From: an uncultured Fibrobacterota bacterium
GTDB lineage: Bacteria > Fibrobacterota > Chitinivibrionia > Chitinivibrionales > FEN-1185
Direction of reading: 5' to 3'
NCBI GenBank assembly: GCA_963729895.1
Contig: CAVSQB010000023.1
Coordinates: forward strand, 1-64,000
Length of the DNA stretch: 64,000 nucleotides
Below the pieces are notes generated by a model that made no database searches, was not told the origin of the DNA, and was given only the letters and a program-made list of their open reading frames with translations. Of the stretch, positions 10,073-19,783 are shown in pieces. Position numbers and translations under genes: made by a program. Position 1 is the first letter of the stretch, and every line of letters starts with the position of its first letter.

Positions 10073-11017
10073 ATCAACAACCTCCTCAAACAGTTCAAGA
10101 ACGACCTTGTCTACACCCTTGCGCTCCTTGTGGCCGCGGTGTGGCCGGTTATCCCGCGAAAACCCGGGCTGGCCCTGTTCGGGTTTCTGGGCGGGCTGTT
10201 CTACCGGCTTCCCACAAAAGACCGGACATGGTGCATCGAGCACCTCAGATTGATCTTCGGCGCAACGCTCACGGAACATGAGATCGGCCGCAGGGCGCGC
10301 GCCGTGTACGTGAACCTGGGGAAGAACCTGTTCGACGCACTGTACCTGTCGCGCAAAAACAAGGCCCAACTTGACAAAATAGTACACAGCGACAGCTTGG
10401 CGCCCGTGTGGGGCGCCTATAACGAGAAGAAAGGCGTGCTCACCATTACCGCCCATACCGGGTGCTTCGAAATGCTGTTGCACTATTTTGCCGCGCAGGG
10501 GTTTGCGTGCTTCGCCATCGGGAGGGAACTGTACGACAAGCGGATCGACGACCTTATCAAGCGCCAGCGGTCGGGAGAAAACATCGTGTACCTCCACAGA
10601 TCGGAAAACCTGCGCAAGTTTCTCAAGCTCCTGGGCGAAGGGAGGCTGTTCGGGGTGCTCGTTGACCAGGACACCAACGTGGACGGCGTGTTCGCGCATT
10701 TCCTCGGCAGGCTTGCCTACACCCCGAGCGGTCCGGTAAAGCTTGCCATGCGCAGCAATCTGCCGGTGTTCGTCATAACCACCGCACGGGATCCGGACGA
10801 CTCGCACCGCATTTTCGTGCGGAAAATCCCCATGGCCGCGGGCGGGGATTTCGATAAAGACCTGGTGACGAACGTCGAGGCGATCAATGCCGCCATCGGC
10901 GAGACCGTCATGGCGTATCCCGAGCAATGGGTGTGGATGCACAAACGATGGCACAGGCAACCCGGCGACCAGGGCTTTCAAAAAATCCCCAACATCGAAA
11001 CAATGGTTGACAAATGA
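10073..11017 (+). CDS. lpxL: Lipid A late acyltransferase (LpxL/HtrB family)
   Basis: HTGCFE motif, LVDQD, PEQWVWMHKRW; start uncertain (GTG 10130 or in-frame ATC 10073). Confidence 0.85.
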   Translation: MNNLLKQFKNDLVYTLALLVAAVWPVIPRKPGLALFGFLGGLFYRLPTKDRTWCIEHLRLIFGATLTEHEIGRRARAVYVNLGKNLFDALYLSRKNKAQLDKIVHSDSLAPVWGAYNEKKGVLTITAHTGCFEMLLHYFAAQGFACFAIGRELYDKRIDDLIKRQRSGENIVYLHRSENLRKFLKLLGEGRLFGVLVDQDTNVDGVFAHFLGRLAYTPSGPVKLAMRSNLPVFVITTARDPDDSHRIFVRKIPMAAGGDFDKDLVTNVEAINAAIGETVMAYPEQWVWMHKRWHRQPGDQGFQKIPNIETMVDK

Positions 11018-11589
11018 AAACAAACCTCCGCCGGGTCCTTTGGCCCGTCGCCGTCGCCGCGCTCATCGCCTCGTGCGGGCCCAAGAAAGAAACCGTGCCC
11101 GTGTCCGACACGCTCATCGACCACCCGTTCCAGGAGCTCGACACAACCACCATGTACTATTACAACGGGGGCAGGCTGCAGTGGCGGCTTGAATCCGCGC
11201 ACATAAGGAAGTTCATCGCCGACACCGGGCACGTTGTCGCACACCCGGTCAAGCTTAACGTATACGACTCCCTGGGCAAGGAGATCATGATCGTGCTGTC
11301 CGACTCCGGCACCACCGATGGCCCGATGCAGCTCTTTTGCGTCTGGGGTAATGCCTATGTGAAGGCCGAAAACGGGATGCGGGTCACTTCGCCGCGGCTG
11401 TACTGGAACCTCAAGACCCATCGCGTCACCTCTGAGGACTATGTGCAGATCAAGACGCTCAAGGGCGACGTTCTTCAGGGCAAAGGCCTTGATGCGGCGG
11501 AAGACTTCTCCTGGTGGAAATTCGAGCACGACGTAAGCGGCAGGTTCCCGAATTTCCGGGAACGGGCGGACCAGGGGGATGAATTCTAG
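11014..11589 (+). CDS. lptC: LPS export periplasmic lipoprotein LptC
   Basis: Lipobox IASC, beta-jellyroll-like sequence, position upstream of lptAB. Confidence 0.75.
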   Translation: MKTNLRRVLWPVAVAALIASCGPKKETVPVSDTLIDHPFQELDTTTMYYYNGGRLQWRLESAHIRKFIADTGHVVAHPVKLNVYDSLGKEIMIVLSDSGTTDGPMQLFCVWGNAYVKAENGMRVTSPRLYWNLKTHRVTSEDYVQIKTLKGDVLQGKGLDAAEDFSWWKFEHDVSGRFPNFRERADQGDEF

Positions 11590-11868
11590 TATCTTTGCAA
11601 GTCTTTATAAAGGGGGGGGGAAGTTCAGCCTGTCTCAAATCTTGACAATAGGTTTGGGCGTCCCCCTTTTGCTGGACCGCGACCGGGACTACGTGCATAT
11701 GTAAAGGAGCAGGGGCGATTACGACTGCTATGTTAAAAAGCAACGAATTTAGCAGAAAAGCTTGATTAAGAGACAGTGCGATCGCCTTCTGTATTTCAAG
11801 ATTCCTAATCTGCCATGTACAGATTGAACAGTTTGCATACTGCTATGAACAGTCAGGTCGTCTAACCC

Positions 11869-12002
11869 CGCTGCAAGATATTTATCAGAGTAAAAATGTG
11901 TAGCCGCAATCTGCATTAAACGGAATGTTTCCATCCGCAGTCGTAGTCCTACGGTCTACACGCGCATGAGCGCATGTTCAATCTGAGTATTTTCTTACAG
12001 CG
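11869..12002 (-). ncRNA. Candidate bridge/seekRNA in the IS110 right non-coding end
   Basis: Nested stems (CGCUGUAAGA/UCUUGCAGCG; UCAGA/UCUGA; UGUAG-CCGUAG/UUGCGG-CUACA; CGGA-UG-GAAA-CA-U-UCCG) enclosing an internal loop that matches the target site. Confidence 0.6.
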
Positions 12003-13073
12003 CTATTCGATTATGCCTAGAGCATATGGCTTTTGGTTCGCCCAGACGTACCTGATTCGGCTGAGCAATTTCTTTGCTATCCTGATAATGGCATTGTTCT
12101 TGGTCATTCGCCTCGTCAGGTCACTGAAGCTTTTCGTCAATACAGGGTCTTTGCGGATCGCTATCCAAGCCGCCTCTACCAGCAAATATCGCAAATAAAC
12201 GGATTTCCTGCTGGCAATACCCTTTGTCCATTTCTTGTCATCACTACTCTTGACCTCAGGGATAAGGCCGATGATGGCTGCTAGCTTGTCGAATTTCGCA
12301 AATCTTCTTATGTCGAGAAGCTCTGCGTAAAGAGTGAATGCCGTCGTCAGACCGATTCCGGGTATGGTCCGCAAAAGGCGAATGGTCTCATTACGGGAGC
12401 TGTATGTACGCAAACCCCTCAAAATATCAAGCTTGCCTTTCCGTGCATCCTCGTATTGCACCAGAAGCAAATCCAGTGTCTGCCGGTTCTGTTCCTGTTC
12501 GAATTTCAAAGCCTGCAACCAGCGAATGAAGTTCCGTGACCAGCGGCGGCCGCTATACTCCGCGGGAATAGAAATTCCGTTGAAGTGGAGAAATCCTTTG
12601 ATATAACTCTTTACCTGACTGCTCCGCTTGGTCTGCTGAAAACGTAGCCGAGAGAGTGAGCGAATCGACTGCTGTTGTGGATTAGGAATAAAGATGCACT
12701 CCAAAGACCCATTGCCGAGTTCCCGGCTCAGTTTGTTGCTGTCGATCGGATCGCGCTTTGCTATTTTCTCCTTATTTGTCGTTGGAACGTCCGCAGGGTT
12801 TACAATAATATTCCTAACGCCAGCTTCCGTCAATTCGCGGTGAATCCAATAGCCGCAAAATCCAGCCTCATAAACGCTATGGTATTCCCCGCCAGGATAG
12901 TGCTTCTTCATGTAATCGGAAAGCTCTCTCGGGGATGGGTTCATTGAAAACTTTTTCAGAAGTAACTGGTTGGAACGAATAGTTACGCTCCAATTAGAAT
13001 CATGAGCATCTATCCCAATGTCAAATCTTTGCCCATTAAACTCCAGCGCTCTACTATTTTTCCTGATACGCAT
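12003..13073 (-). CDS. IS110-family DEDD recombinase/transposase
   Basis: IGIDAH, VYEAGFCG, KRDPIDS, LRTIPGIG, GLIPEVKSSD, LLVEAAW, RIAKKL; ATG 13073 with AAGGA RBS. Confidence 0.92.
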   Translation of the reverse strand: MRIRKNSRALEFNGQRFDIGIDAHDSNWSVTIRSNQLLLKKFSMNPSPRELSDYMKKHYPGGEYHSVYEAGFCGYWIHRELTEAGVRNIIVNPADVPTTNKEKIAKRDPIDSNKLSRELGNGSLECIFIPNPQQQSIRSLSRLRFQQTKRSSQVKSYIKGFLHFNGISIPAEYSGRRWSRNFIRWLQALKFEQEQNRQTLDLLLVQYEDARKGKLDILRGLRTYSSRNETIRLLRTIPGIGLTTAFTLYAELLDIRRFAKFDKLAAIIGLIPEVKSSDDKKWTKGIASRKSVYLRYLLVEAAWIAIRKDPVLTKSFSDLTRRMTKNNAIIRIAKKLLSRIRYVWANQKPYALGIIE

Positions 13074-13074
13074 C

Positions 13075-13141
13075 GCAGTATCCTTTCGTTTAAGTTTTTG
13101 GAATCTACTAACCCTATTCCAAAAATACGAAGGGATACTGC
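13075..13141 (-). promoter_or_regulatory. Long hairpin in the IS110 left end sequestering the transposase RBS
   Basis: GCAGTATCCTTTCGT..TTTTTGGAAT / ATTCCAAAAA-TACGAAGGGATACTGC. Confidence 0.65.
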
Positions 13142-13272
13142 ACCTTTTAATCATAATATCTGCATTGAAGCAGTATGAGCCAACGGGTGTGCCCCCAGAT
13201 CGCCGCCCCTTGGGACGGAAGCTGGGGCCAGAGGGAAACGCGAAGCGGTTCCCCCACCAGAAAGCTAAGGAA

Positions 13273-14436
13273 ATGAAAAAGATACCTATCATAATCTTAA
13301 GTCTAATAGCGACCGCGTTTCCAAAATCGCCTGACCTGATATTGAAATCGGCCAACTCCGACGTCAACACCATGTCAAAAGACGGGGAGATGATTTCCGA
13401 GCTTACCGGCAACGTGGTCTTCTTCTACGACGACGCGGTGATCAAATCCGAATTCGCCAAGTGGTGGAAGAGCCGGGGCACCGTGTCGTTTACCGACCAT
13501 GTCCGGATCGACAGGAAGAACCAGAAGATCACGTCCGACCGCATGGATTATGACAAGGCCAAGAAATGGCTCATTGCCGACGGCCATCTCAATTTCTACG
13601 ACACAAAGGAGCGCGTAAAACTCATCGGGGATCACGGGACCTATTACCTCGACAAGAAGTTTCTTGTCGTTGAGGGCCATCCGCAATTCATATTTTACGA
13701 TACTGCCGCGCACGACACGCTCGACATCCGGGGAAAGAAAATGACCTACGACGATTCCATCAAGAAGGCGTCGGTGTACGAGAACGTCACGGTGGCAAAA
13801 GGAAGCCTGTTCACGCATTCCGAGGCCGCCTATTACTTCCCGGACTCGGGACGGGCGCAGTTGCGCAAGGTGCCGAGAATCGCCTACCAGACCGATTCGC
13901 TGAGCGGCGATTCCGTGGACCTGACGTTCACGAAAAAGCATTTGCAGCACGTCAAAGTAAACGGCGGTTCGCACGGGCAGTACAAGGATTTCGGCGCGTC
14001 GGACACCACACTTACACACCTGTTCGGCGACAGTATTTCCATGTTTCTCACCGATTCGGGCAAAATAGATTCCATGTGGGCGTTTGGTAATGTCAAGAGC
14101 AAGTACTATCCGCTAAAAAACCCGCTTTCGACCAACGAGGCGTACGGGAAGCTCATGACCGTCTCGTTCAACGGCCGCGGCGAAATTTCCCGCGTCAAGG
14201 TGTGGGGCAACGCGCGGAGCATCTACAACGTGGACGAGAAAGACGGCAGGGGCCGCAACGAGGCAAGCGGCGACAGCATCACGGTCTCGTTTGCAAAAGG
14301 CAAAGCAACGCACGTGAAACTGTCCGGCAGCGTGCGAGGATTCTACGCTCCGCTGCCCGCGGCGGCCAAGCCGCAGCCCGACAGCGGCATCCAGGAAAAA
14401 CCCAAAGTCGCCCCAAAAAAGGAAGTCCCGCAGTGA
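13273..14436 (+). CDS. lptA: LptA/OstA-like LPS transport protein
   Basis: Signal peptide MKKIPIII..., repeated beta-jellyroll segments, directly upstream of lptB. Confidence 0.75.
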   Translation: MKKIPIIILSLIATAFPKSPDLILKSANSDVNTMSKDGEMISELTGNVVFFYDDAVIKSEFAKWWKSRGTVSFTDHVRIDRKNQKITSDRMDYDKAKKWLIADGHLNFYDTKERVKLIGDHGTYYLDKKFLVVEGHPQFIFYDTAAHDTLDIRGKKMTYDDSIKKASVYENVTVAKGSLFTHSEAAYYFPDSGRAQLRKVPRIAYQTDSLSGDSVDLTFTKKHLQHVKVNGGSHGQYKDFGASDTTLTHLFGDSISMFLTDSGKIDSMWAFGNVKSKYYPLKNPLSTNEAYGKLMTVSFNGRGEISRVKVWGNARSIYNVDEKDGRGRNEASGDSITVSFAKGKATHVKLSGSVRGFYAPLPAAAKPQPDSGIQEKPKVAPKKEVPQ

Positions 14437-15224
14437 GCGAAGACACTCAGGAGACCGCCACCGTTGCCGGGCCGCAGCCGACGGCCCCCCCGGCATCGCG
14501 CAGGGAAATCCGCACCGAGGAACTTGTCAAGATCTACAGCAAGCGCCGCGTGGTGGACGGCGTGACCATCACCGTGCACCAGGGAGAGATCGTGGGACTT
14601 TTGGGTCCCAACGGCGCCGGCAAGACCACCACCTTCTACATGATCGTGGGCATGATCCGCGCCAACAAGGGAAACATCTACCTTGACAATCACGAGATTT
14701 CAAGAAAGCCCATGTTCAAGCGCGCCCGGATGGGCATAGGATATCTTTCGCAGGAGCCGTCCATCTTCCGCAAACTTTCGGTTGGCGACAACATCATGGC
14801 CATTCTGGAATCCCAACACATGGGCGCCCGTGTCCGCAAGGAGCGGATGCACCAATTGCTCGAAGAGCTTCACGTGGCGCACCTGGAGAAAAGCCTCGGC
14901 TACCAGCTTTCCGGAGGCGAACGCCGCCGTGTGGAAATCGCCCGCGCCCTGGCCAACAAACCCGATTTCATTTTGCTCGACGAGCCCTTTGCCGGCATCG
15001 ACCCTATTGCCGTGGAGGACATCCAGAGCATCGTGCACGATTTGCGAAGCAAGAACTACGGCATCCTAATTACCGATCACAATGTTCGGGAAACCTTGCG
15101 CATCACCGACCGCGCCTACATCATCTCCGAAGGAAAAATCCTCATTTCCGGCACCTCCAAGGAACTCGCGGAGAATCCGGAGGCCCGGAGGATTTATCTG
15201 GGGCAGAAGTTCAAGCTGGATTAA
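14433..15224 (+). CDS. lptB: LPS export ABC transporter ATPase
   Basis: [50 protein letters not shown] overlaps the lptA stop. Confidence 0.95.
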   Translation: MSEDTQETATVAGPQPTAPPASRREIRTEELVKIYSKRRVVDGVTITVHQGEIVGLLGPNGAGKTTTFYMIVGMIRANKGNIYLDNHEISRKPMFKRARMGIGYLSQEPSIFRKLSVGDNIMAILESQHMGARVRKERMHQLLEELHVAHLEKSLGYQLSGGERRRVEIARALANKPDFILLDEPFAGIDPIAVEDIQSIVHDLRSKNYGILITDHNVRETLRITDRAYIISEGKILISGTSKELAENPEARRIYLGQKFKLD

Positions 15225-15308
15225 TATATAGATAATGGTATTTCTTGTGGGGGAAGTATCCCCCTCGCTCCACTGCGTTCCGCTGCCCCCTCCTGGGTGC
15301 ACCCCTAG

Positions 15309-16620
15309 CAGGGTGTTGAAAAAGTCTCCCTTTTGTAAACATTTATCCTTATATTATAGGGGAACCCGAACCAAGGAGTATTGATGAGAGGTTCCCAGCC
15401 AGCCCAAGGCGGTATGTTCAGCTTCGTTTCTCCGGATTCCCGAGTGCCGGCAACACACCCGCTTCGTCGTGTCAAACAGTTTACGGACATAGCGCTGCGC
15501 CGCCTTTCTCGTGACTTTGAGGCGATGTACAGCCGGATGGGACGCCCTTCGATACCGCCGGAATGGCTTTTGAAAGCACAGATATTGATGGCTTTGTTTT
15601 CGATACGGTCGGACCGGTTGTTTTGCGAGATGCTGGACTATAACATTCTGTTCCGATGGTTTCTTGACATGGATCTGGATGCGGCATCGTTTGATCATAG
15701 TGTGTTTTCGAAGAACCGAGATCGACTTATGGAACAGGAGATTGCGCACCGGCTGATGCAGGAAATCGTGCGTCTTGCTCGTTCCGAAGAGTTGTTGTCC
15801 GATGAGCATTTCACGGTTGACGGCACGTTGATTGAAGCCTGGGCATCGATGAAGAGCTTCAAGCGAAAAGACGCGGAATCGGCGAACAAGACTGACGATG
15901 ATCGGAGTAATCCGTCGGTTGATTTCCACCATGAGAAGCGAAGCAATGAGACACATCAGAGTTCGACCGATCCAGAGGCGCTGTTGGCTCGGAAGAACAA
16001 GAGAACGGGAGCGCAGCTGGCGTATTCCGGTCACGTGCTGATGGAAAACCGAAATGGGTTGTGTGTTGATATCGCCATTGCGCCAGCGACGGGGACAGCG
16101 GAACGGGATATGGCGCTTGAGCTGATAAAGCATGAACGCAGGCGCGGAAAACGCCGGATGAAGACGGTGGGTGCAGACAAAGGGTATCATGCAACCGAAT
16201 TTATCAAGAGCCTGCGACGCCTGCACGTGAAGCCTCACATTGCCGAGAAGGCCAACACTTCGCTTAAAGGGTTGGATGGAAGAACGACTCGGCATAAGGG
16301 ATACAGCGTAAGTCAAAGGAAACGAAAACGGGTTGAAGAGATATTTGGGTGGATCAAGAGCGTCGGTGGCCTGCGGAAAACTCGGGTAAGAGGAATACGA
16401 ATCAACCAGACTGTTGCCTACGTGGTTGCCGCAGCGTACAACTTGATACGCATGGTTAAGTTGATGCCGCAAACGGTGGGGGCAGCATGAGAATGGCCTG
16501 GGAATCCGGGGAAATGCCTCGGAACGAGGCAGGTAAAACCTCTCTGACATATGTAAAGTTGAAGTTAGGTTCATAAAAAATCAACAAGAGCGCTTCTGTT
16601 AGGACTATTTCAACAACCTG
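15309..16620 (+). mobile_element. IS5-family insertion sequence, copy 1 (1312 bp)
   Basis: IRs CAGGGTGTTGAAAAAGTC / GACTATTTCAACAACCTG (16/18); CTAG duplication at 15305-15308 and 16621-16624. Confidence 0.95.
15381..16490 (+). CDS. IS5-family transposase
   Basis: GRPSIPPE, FDHSVFSKNRDRL, VDGTLIEAWAS, GADKGY, RKRVEEIFGW. Confidence 0.95.
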   Translation: MMRGSQPAQGGMFSFVSPDSRVPATHPLRRVKQFTDIALRRLSRDFEAMYSRMGRPSIPPEWLLKAQILMALFSIRSDRLFCEMLDYNILFRWFLDMDLDAASFDHSVFSKNRDRLMEQEIAHRLMQEIVRLARSEELLSDEHFTVDGTLIEAWASMKSFKRKDAESANKTDDDRSNPSVDFHHEKRSNETHQSSTDPEALLARKNKRTGAQLAYSGHVLMENRNGLCVDIAIAPATGTAERDMALELIKHERRRGKRRMKTVGADKGYHATEFIKSLRRLHVKPHIAEKANTSLKGLDGRTTRHKGYSVSQRKRKRVEEIFGWIKSVGGLRKTRVRGIRINQTVAYVVAAAYNLIRMVKLMPQTVGAA

Positions 16621-17032
16621 CTAGAGAGAAAAGTAGCAAGAGTCAACCTTCCGTTGGGGGGCACCCGCCGAGAGCTGGTGGAGATTGACGGAGAGGAGTT
16701 GCGTTGTTTTTGATGTTTGCGTTAGGCACGACTGGAGCGGTGCGCAGGAGCGCAGTGTCGGTCGACCCCGTCGCGCGGTTGTCGAGTGCCGTTCCCCTTG
16801 ATACTTACCTGCGGTACACTCGGGGAGCGGTGTACCGAGACAGCGCGGCATGGGGGCGAACCGGCACCGAGGCCGAACGGCCAAGCCCGGAGGAAGGGCC
16901 GACCCGAGGGAAGCGAGGGAAACGCCCATCTTAAGAGTTTGATATTTGGGTGCGCCCGGCAACAGCAATTTCCACTCTTTTCATAATCATTTTTTCTTGT
17001 TTCCCCGGCAATACTATATACTAAATTTCATA

Positions 17033-17048
17033 TGGCACGAAATTTGAT
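17033..17048 (+). promoter_or_regulatory. Sigma54-like site upstream of rpoN
   Basis: TGGCACGAAATTTGAT: perfect -24 element, 10-nt spacer, GA instead of GC at -12. Confidence 0.55.
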
Positions 17049-17075
17049 GCGTTCTGAGCGAAGGATGGATTTTCA

Positions 17076-18521
17076 ATGAATCTCGGTCTCGATCTATCGA
17101 TGCGGCTTCAGCAGAAGCTGTCTTTCCAGATGATACAATCGCTCAAGCTTCTGCAGGTGAACAACCTGCAGCTCGAGCAGCTCCTCAAGACCGAATTGGA
17201 AATGAACCCCGTCCTCGAAACTTCCGAGGAATTGGAAACGGAACAGGAACAGGACGAGGAAGAAAAAGAAAAGGAAGAGGAGCAAACCGACGAACTTTCC
17301 GAAAAGGAAGACGACAAGGAGCTCGAGGTAACCGAAGAAGACGTTAATTGGGAAGAATATCTGGAAGAGGGATTCGATATCGGCGGGCGGGTGAGCGAGG
17401 AGACGGATCCAAACAAGGAACACTGGGAACCGCAGGCTGTGCATCAGGAGTCGTTCGAGGATCGCGTCACCGGGCAGCTCAACGACAAGAACATCGAAGA
17501 AAAGCAGAAGTTGCTGGTAACGTTTCTCATCGGCAGTCTCGAACCCGACGGCTACCTGCGTCTGTCCCTCAAAGACATCGCCGACTTTCTTGGCATATCG
17601 GAAACCGAAGTCGAAGAGGCCCTCAAAGTAATCTGGTCCATGGACCCGCCGGGCATGGGCGCGCGCACGCTGCAGGAATGCCTGGGGCTCCAGCTTATTG
17701 CGAAGCACAAGGAAAAGTCCCTGGCAATGCGCATCATTTCCGAGGCGTGGGAGCTGTTCGAAAAACTAAAACTTCCGGAAATATCGCGACAGCTTGGCGT
17801 TGATGTGCGCGAAGTCCAGACGGCTATCGACGAGATCAAGACCCTGCATCCGAAACCCGGGTCGCTTATTACCGGCGAAATTCCCTCCACCATCGTTCCC
17901 GACCTCGTCGTGGAAAAGGTGGAAGGCGAGTTTGTGGTGATCATCAACGACCGCTCGGTGCCCTCGCTGCATATAAACCGTTCCTACATGCAGCTTATCA
18001 AACGGGGCGGAACGGCCAGGAAGGAAGTGAAGAATTACATCCGCGAAAAACTCAACAGCGCCGCGTGGCTGGTACGTTCCATAGAACAGCGACGGACCAC
18101 CATGCTTCGGGTGATGTCGGCTATTGTAGAGCGGCAGATGGATTTCTTTGAAAAGGGACCGCCCAACCTCAATCCGCTCAAGCTTCAGGACATCGCGACC
18201 ATGGTCAGTATGCACATTTCCACGGTGAGCCGCGTTACCAGCAACAAGTACGTGCAAACCCCGCACGGCATTTACGAGCTCAAGTACTTTTTTACCGAGT
18301 CGATGGGCCAGGATCTGGCCGGGGATGACGTGTCCGCGGAAAAAATCCGCAACCGGATCCGTGAGCTTGTCGAAAACGAGAACCAGAAGAAGCCGATGAG
18401 CGATCAAAAGTTGTCCGACGTTCTGGCGCGCGAAGGATTTACCGTTGCGCGCAGGACCGTGGCCAAGTACCGCGAACAGCAGAAGATCCTTCCCGCGCGC
18501 ATGAGGCAGAAGTATGATTGA
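17076..18521 (+). CDS. rpoN: RNA polymerase sigma-54 factor
   Basis: Gln/Leu-rich region I, acidic region II, HISTVSRV HTH, RpoN box ARRTVAKYRE. Confidence 0.97.
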   Translation: MNLGLDLSMRLQQKLSFQMIQSLKLLQVNNLQLEQLLKTELEMNPVLETSEELETEQEQDEEEKEKEEEQTDELSEKEDDKELEVTEEDVNWEEYLEEGFDIGGRVSEETDPNKEHWEPQAVHQESFEDRVTGQLNDKNIEEKQKLLVTFLIGSLEPDGYLRLSLKDIADFLGISETEVEEALKVIWSMDPPGMGARTLQECLGLQLIAKHKEKSLAMRIISEAWELFEKLKLPEISRQLGVDVREVQTAIDEIKTLHPKPGSLITGEIPSTIVPDLVVEKVEGEFVVIINDRSVPSLHINRSYMQLIKRGGTARKEVKNYIREKLNSAAWLVRSIEQRRTTMLRVMSAIVERQMDFFEKGPPNLNPLKLQDIATMVSMHISTVSRVTSNKYVQTPHGIYELKYFFTESMGQDLAGDDVSAEKIRNRIRELVENENQKKPMSDQKLSDVLAREGFTVARRTVAKYREQQKILPARMRQKYD

Positions 18522-19440
18522 CGGTCGGCACCGCGCGCCGCCTTCTCGTTTGCCTCCGTGGCTCAAGCGGCCGCTCGTTGTCGGTGCAGCCACGCGAGCA
18601 CTTCAACAATCGTTTACAGATGCAAACCTGCACACGGTGTGCGAAGAAGCGCGGTGTCCCAACCGCAGCGAATGCTTCAACAAGGGTACGGCCGCCTTTC
18701 TCATCCTGGGAAACGTATGCACCCGCCGGTGCCGTTTTTGCGGAGTGTCCCATGGCGTGCCGTTGCCCGTGGATGCGGGTGAACCGCGCCGCGTTGTCGA
18801 CGCGGTGAAGCGGATGGGAATTTCGCATGCCGTTGTGACGTCCGTAACGCGCGACGATCTCAGCGACGGCGGCGCCGGCATGTTCGCTCTCGTGATAGGG
18901 CTCCTCAAACACGAAGTGCCTTCCGTGACCGTCGAAGTCCTGGTCCCGGATTTTACAGGCAATGCCGCGGCGCTGTGCACGGTGCTGCACGCCGGGCCTC
19001 ACGTGTTTAACCACAACATGGAAACCGTGCCCAGATTGTACCCGCTCATTCGTCCCGGGGCAGGCTATCGCCGGTCGCTCGAACTGCTTGCACAGGCGGC
19101 ACGTTTCGAGGCGGAACTGGAAGTCAAGTCGGGCCTGATGGTCGGCCTCGGCGAAACCTGCGACGAAATGCTTTCCACCCTCCGCGACATGCGCGGGGCA
19201 GGCGTCACCATGGTAACCATCGGACAGTATCTGCGCCCGTCAAGAGAACAGGCGCCTGTTGCCGAGTTTATCACACCGGCACAGTTCGATTTTTATCGCG
19301 ACCGGGCTTTGGCCATCGGTTTTGAAGCAGTGAGCTGCGGACCGTTTGTACGAAGTTCGTACGGGGCCGGGCACATGCTTAAGGAAAAGAATACACCTCG
19401 GGGGCGCATACACACCTCTGTCGTTGAAAAGATCCGATAA
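18514..19440 (+). CDS. lipA: Lipoyl synthase
   Basis: CEEARCPNRSEC plus radical-SAM CTRRCRFC, TSVTRDDL, HNMETV, VRSSY. Confidence 0.95.
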   Translation: MIDGRHRAPPSRLPPWLKRPLVVGAATRALQQSFTDANLHTVCEEARCPNRSECFNKGTAAFLILGNVCTRRCRFCGVSHGVPLPVDAGEPRRVVDAVKRMGISHAVVTSVTRDDLSDGGAGMFALVIGLLKHEVPSVTVEVLVPDFTGNAAALCTVLHAGPHVFNHNMETVPRLYPLIRPGAGYRRSLELLAQAARFEAELEVKSGLMVGLGETCDEMLSTLRDMRGAGVTMVTIGQYLRPSREQAPVAEFITPAQFDFYRDRALAIGFEAVSCGPFVRSSYGAGHMLKEKNTPRGRIHTSVVEKIR

Positions 19441-19459
19441 CCATAGGAGGATCCGACTC

Positions 19460-19783
19460 ATGGAAATCCAAATCACCTCACGCCACGAAAAGGCCTCACA
19501 GAGCCTGCAGGACACCATCACGGCCGAATTGGAAGGGCTCCAGAAATTCTACGACCGCATCACCTCGTGCCATGTGATTCTCGACAAGGAGCGCGGCAAG
19601 GAAATCGTGGAGGCCGTGATACACATGGCCGGCCACACGGTTGCAGCCAAGGCCAAGGCCGAGAACCTCGGCAAGGCCATAGACGCGGTAATTACCAAAG
19701 TGGAACGCCAGCTCAAGAAAATCAACGAGAAAATAAAGAACCACAAGGGCGGCCGGCCCCAAAAAGAAGAGCAGGAAACGTAA
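19460..19783 (+). CDS. hpf: Ribosome hibernation promoting factor (HPF/RaiA)
   Basis: MEIQITSRH..., AIDAVITKVERQLKK; AGGAGG RBS; rpoN operon context. Confidence 0.88.
   Translation: MEIQITSRHEKASQSLQDTITAELEGLQKFYDRITSCHVILDKERGKEIVEAVIHMAGHTVAAKAKAENLGKAIDAVITKVERQLKKINEKIKNHKGGRPQKEEQET

Larger units (their letters stand above)
11840..13163 (-). mobile_element. IS110-family insertion sequence
   Basis: CTGC core at both 11840-11843 and 13160-13163; removing the element restores the hairpin CATACTGC-ATTGAA-GCAGTATG; no long terminal IRs. Confidence 0.8.
15249..16927. repeat. Composite structured intergenic repeat, copy 1 (interrupted by IS5)
   Basis: GGGGAAGT..TCCCCCT..CCCCCTCCTGGGTGCACCCC / GGGGCACCC / GCGTTAGG..GAGGCC..GCCCG..AACGCCC, shared with 24154-25895 and 27144-27471. 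Confidence 0.8.

Noticed and set aside
11612..11620. G9 tract as a phase-variation site
   Set aside because: Intergenic, not in an evident promoter; may be a degenerate start of the GGGGAAG repeat block
11836..13177. CATACTGCT / AGCAGTATG as terminal inverted repeats of the IS110
   Set aside because: Better explained as the two arms of the target hairpin split by the insertion
12003..14436. Long overlapping ORF extensions (12003-13412 minus; 13018-14436 plus)
   Set aside because: Upstream in-frame extensions without support; plausible starts are 13073 and 13273
17240..17345. Low-complexity GAA/GAG stretch
   Set aside because: Normal acidic region II of sigma54
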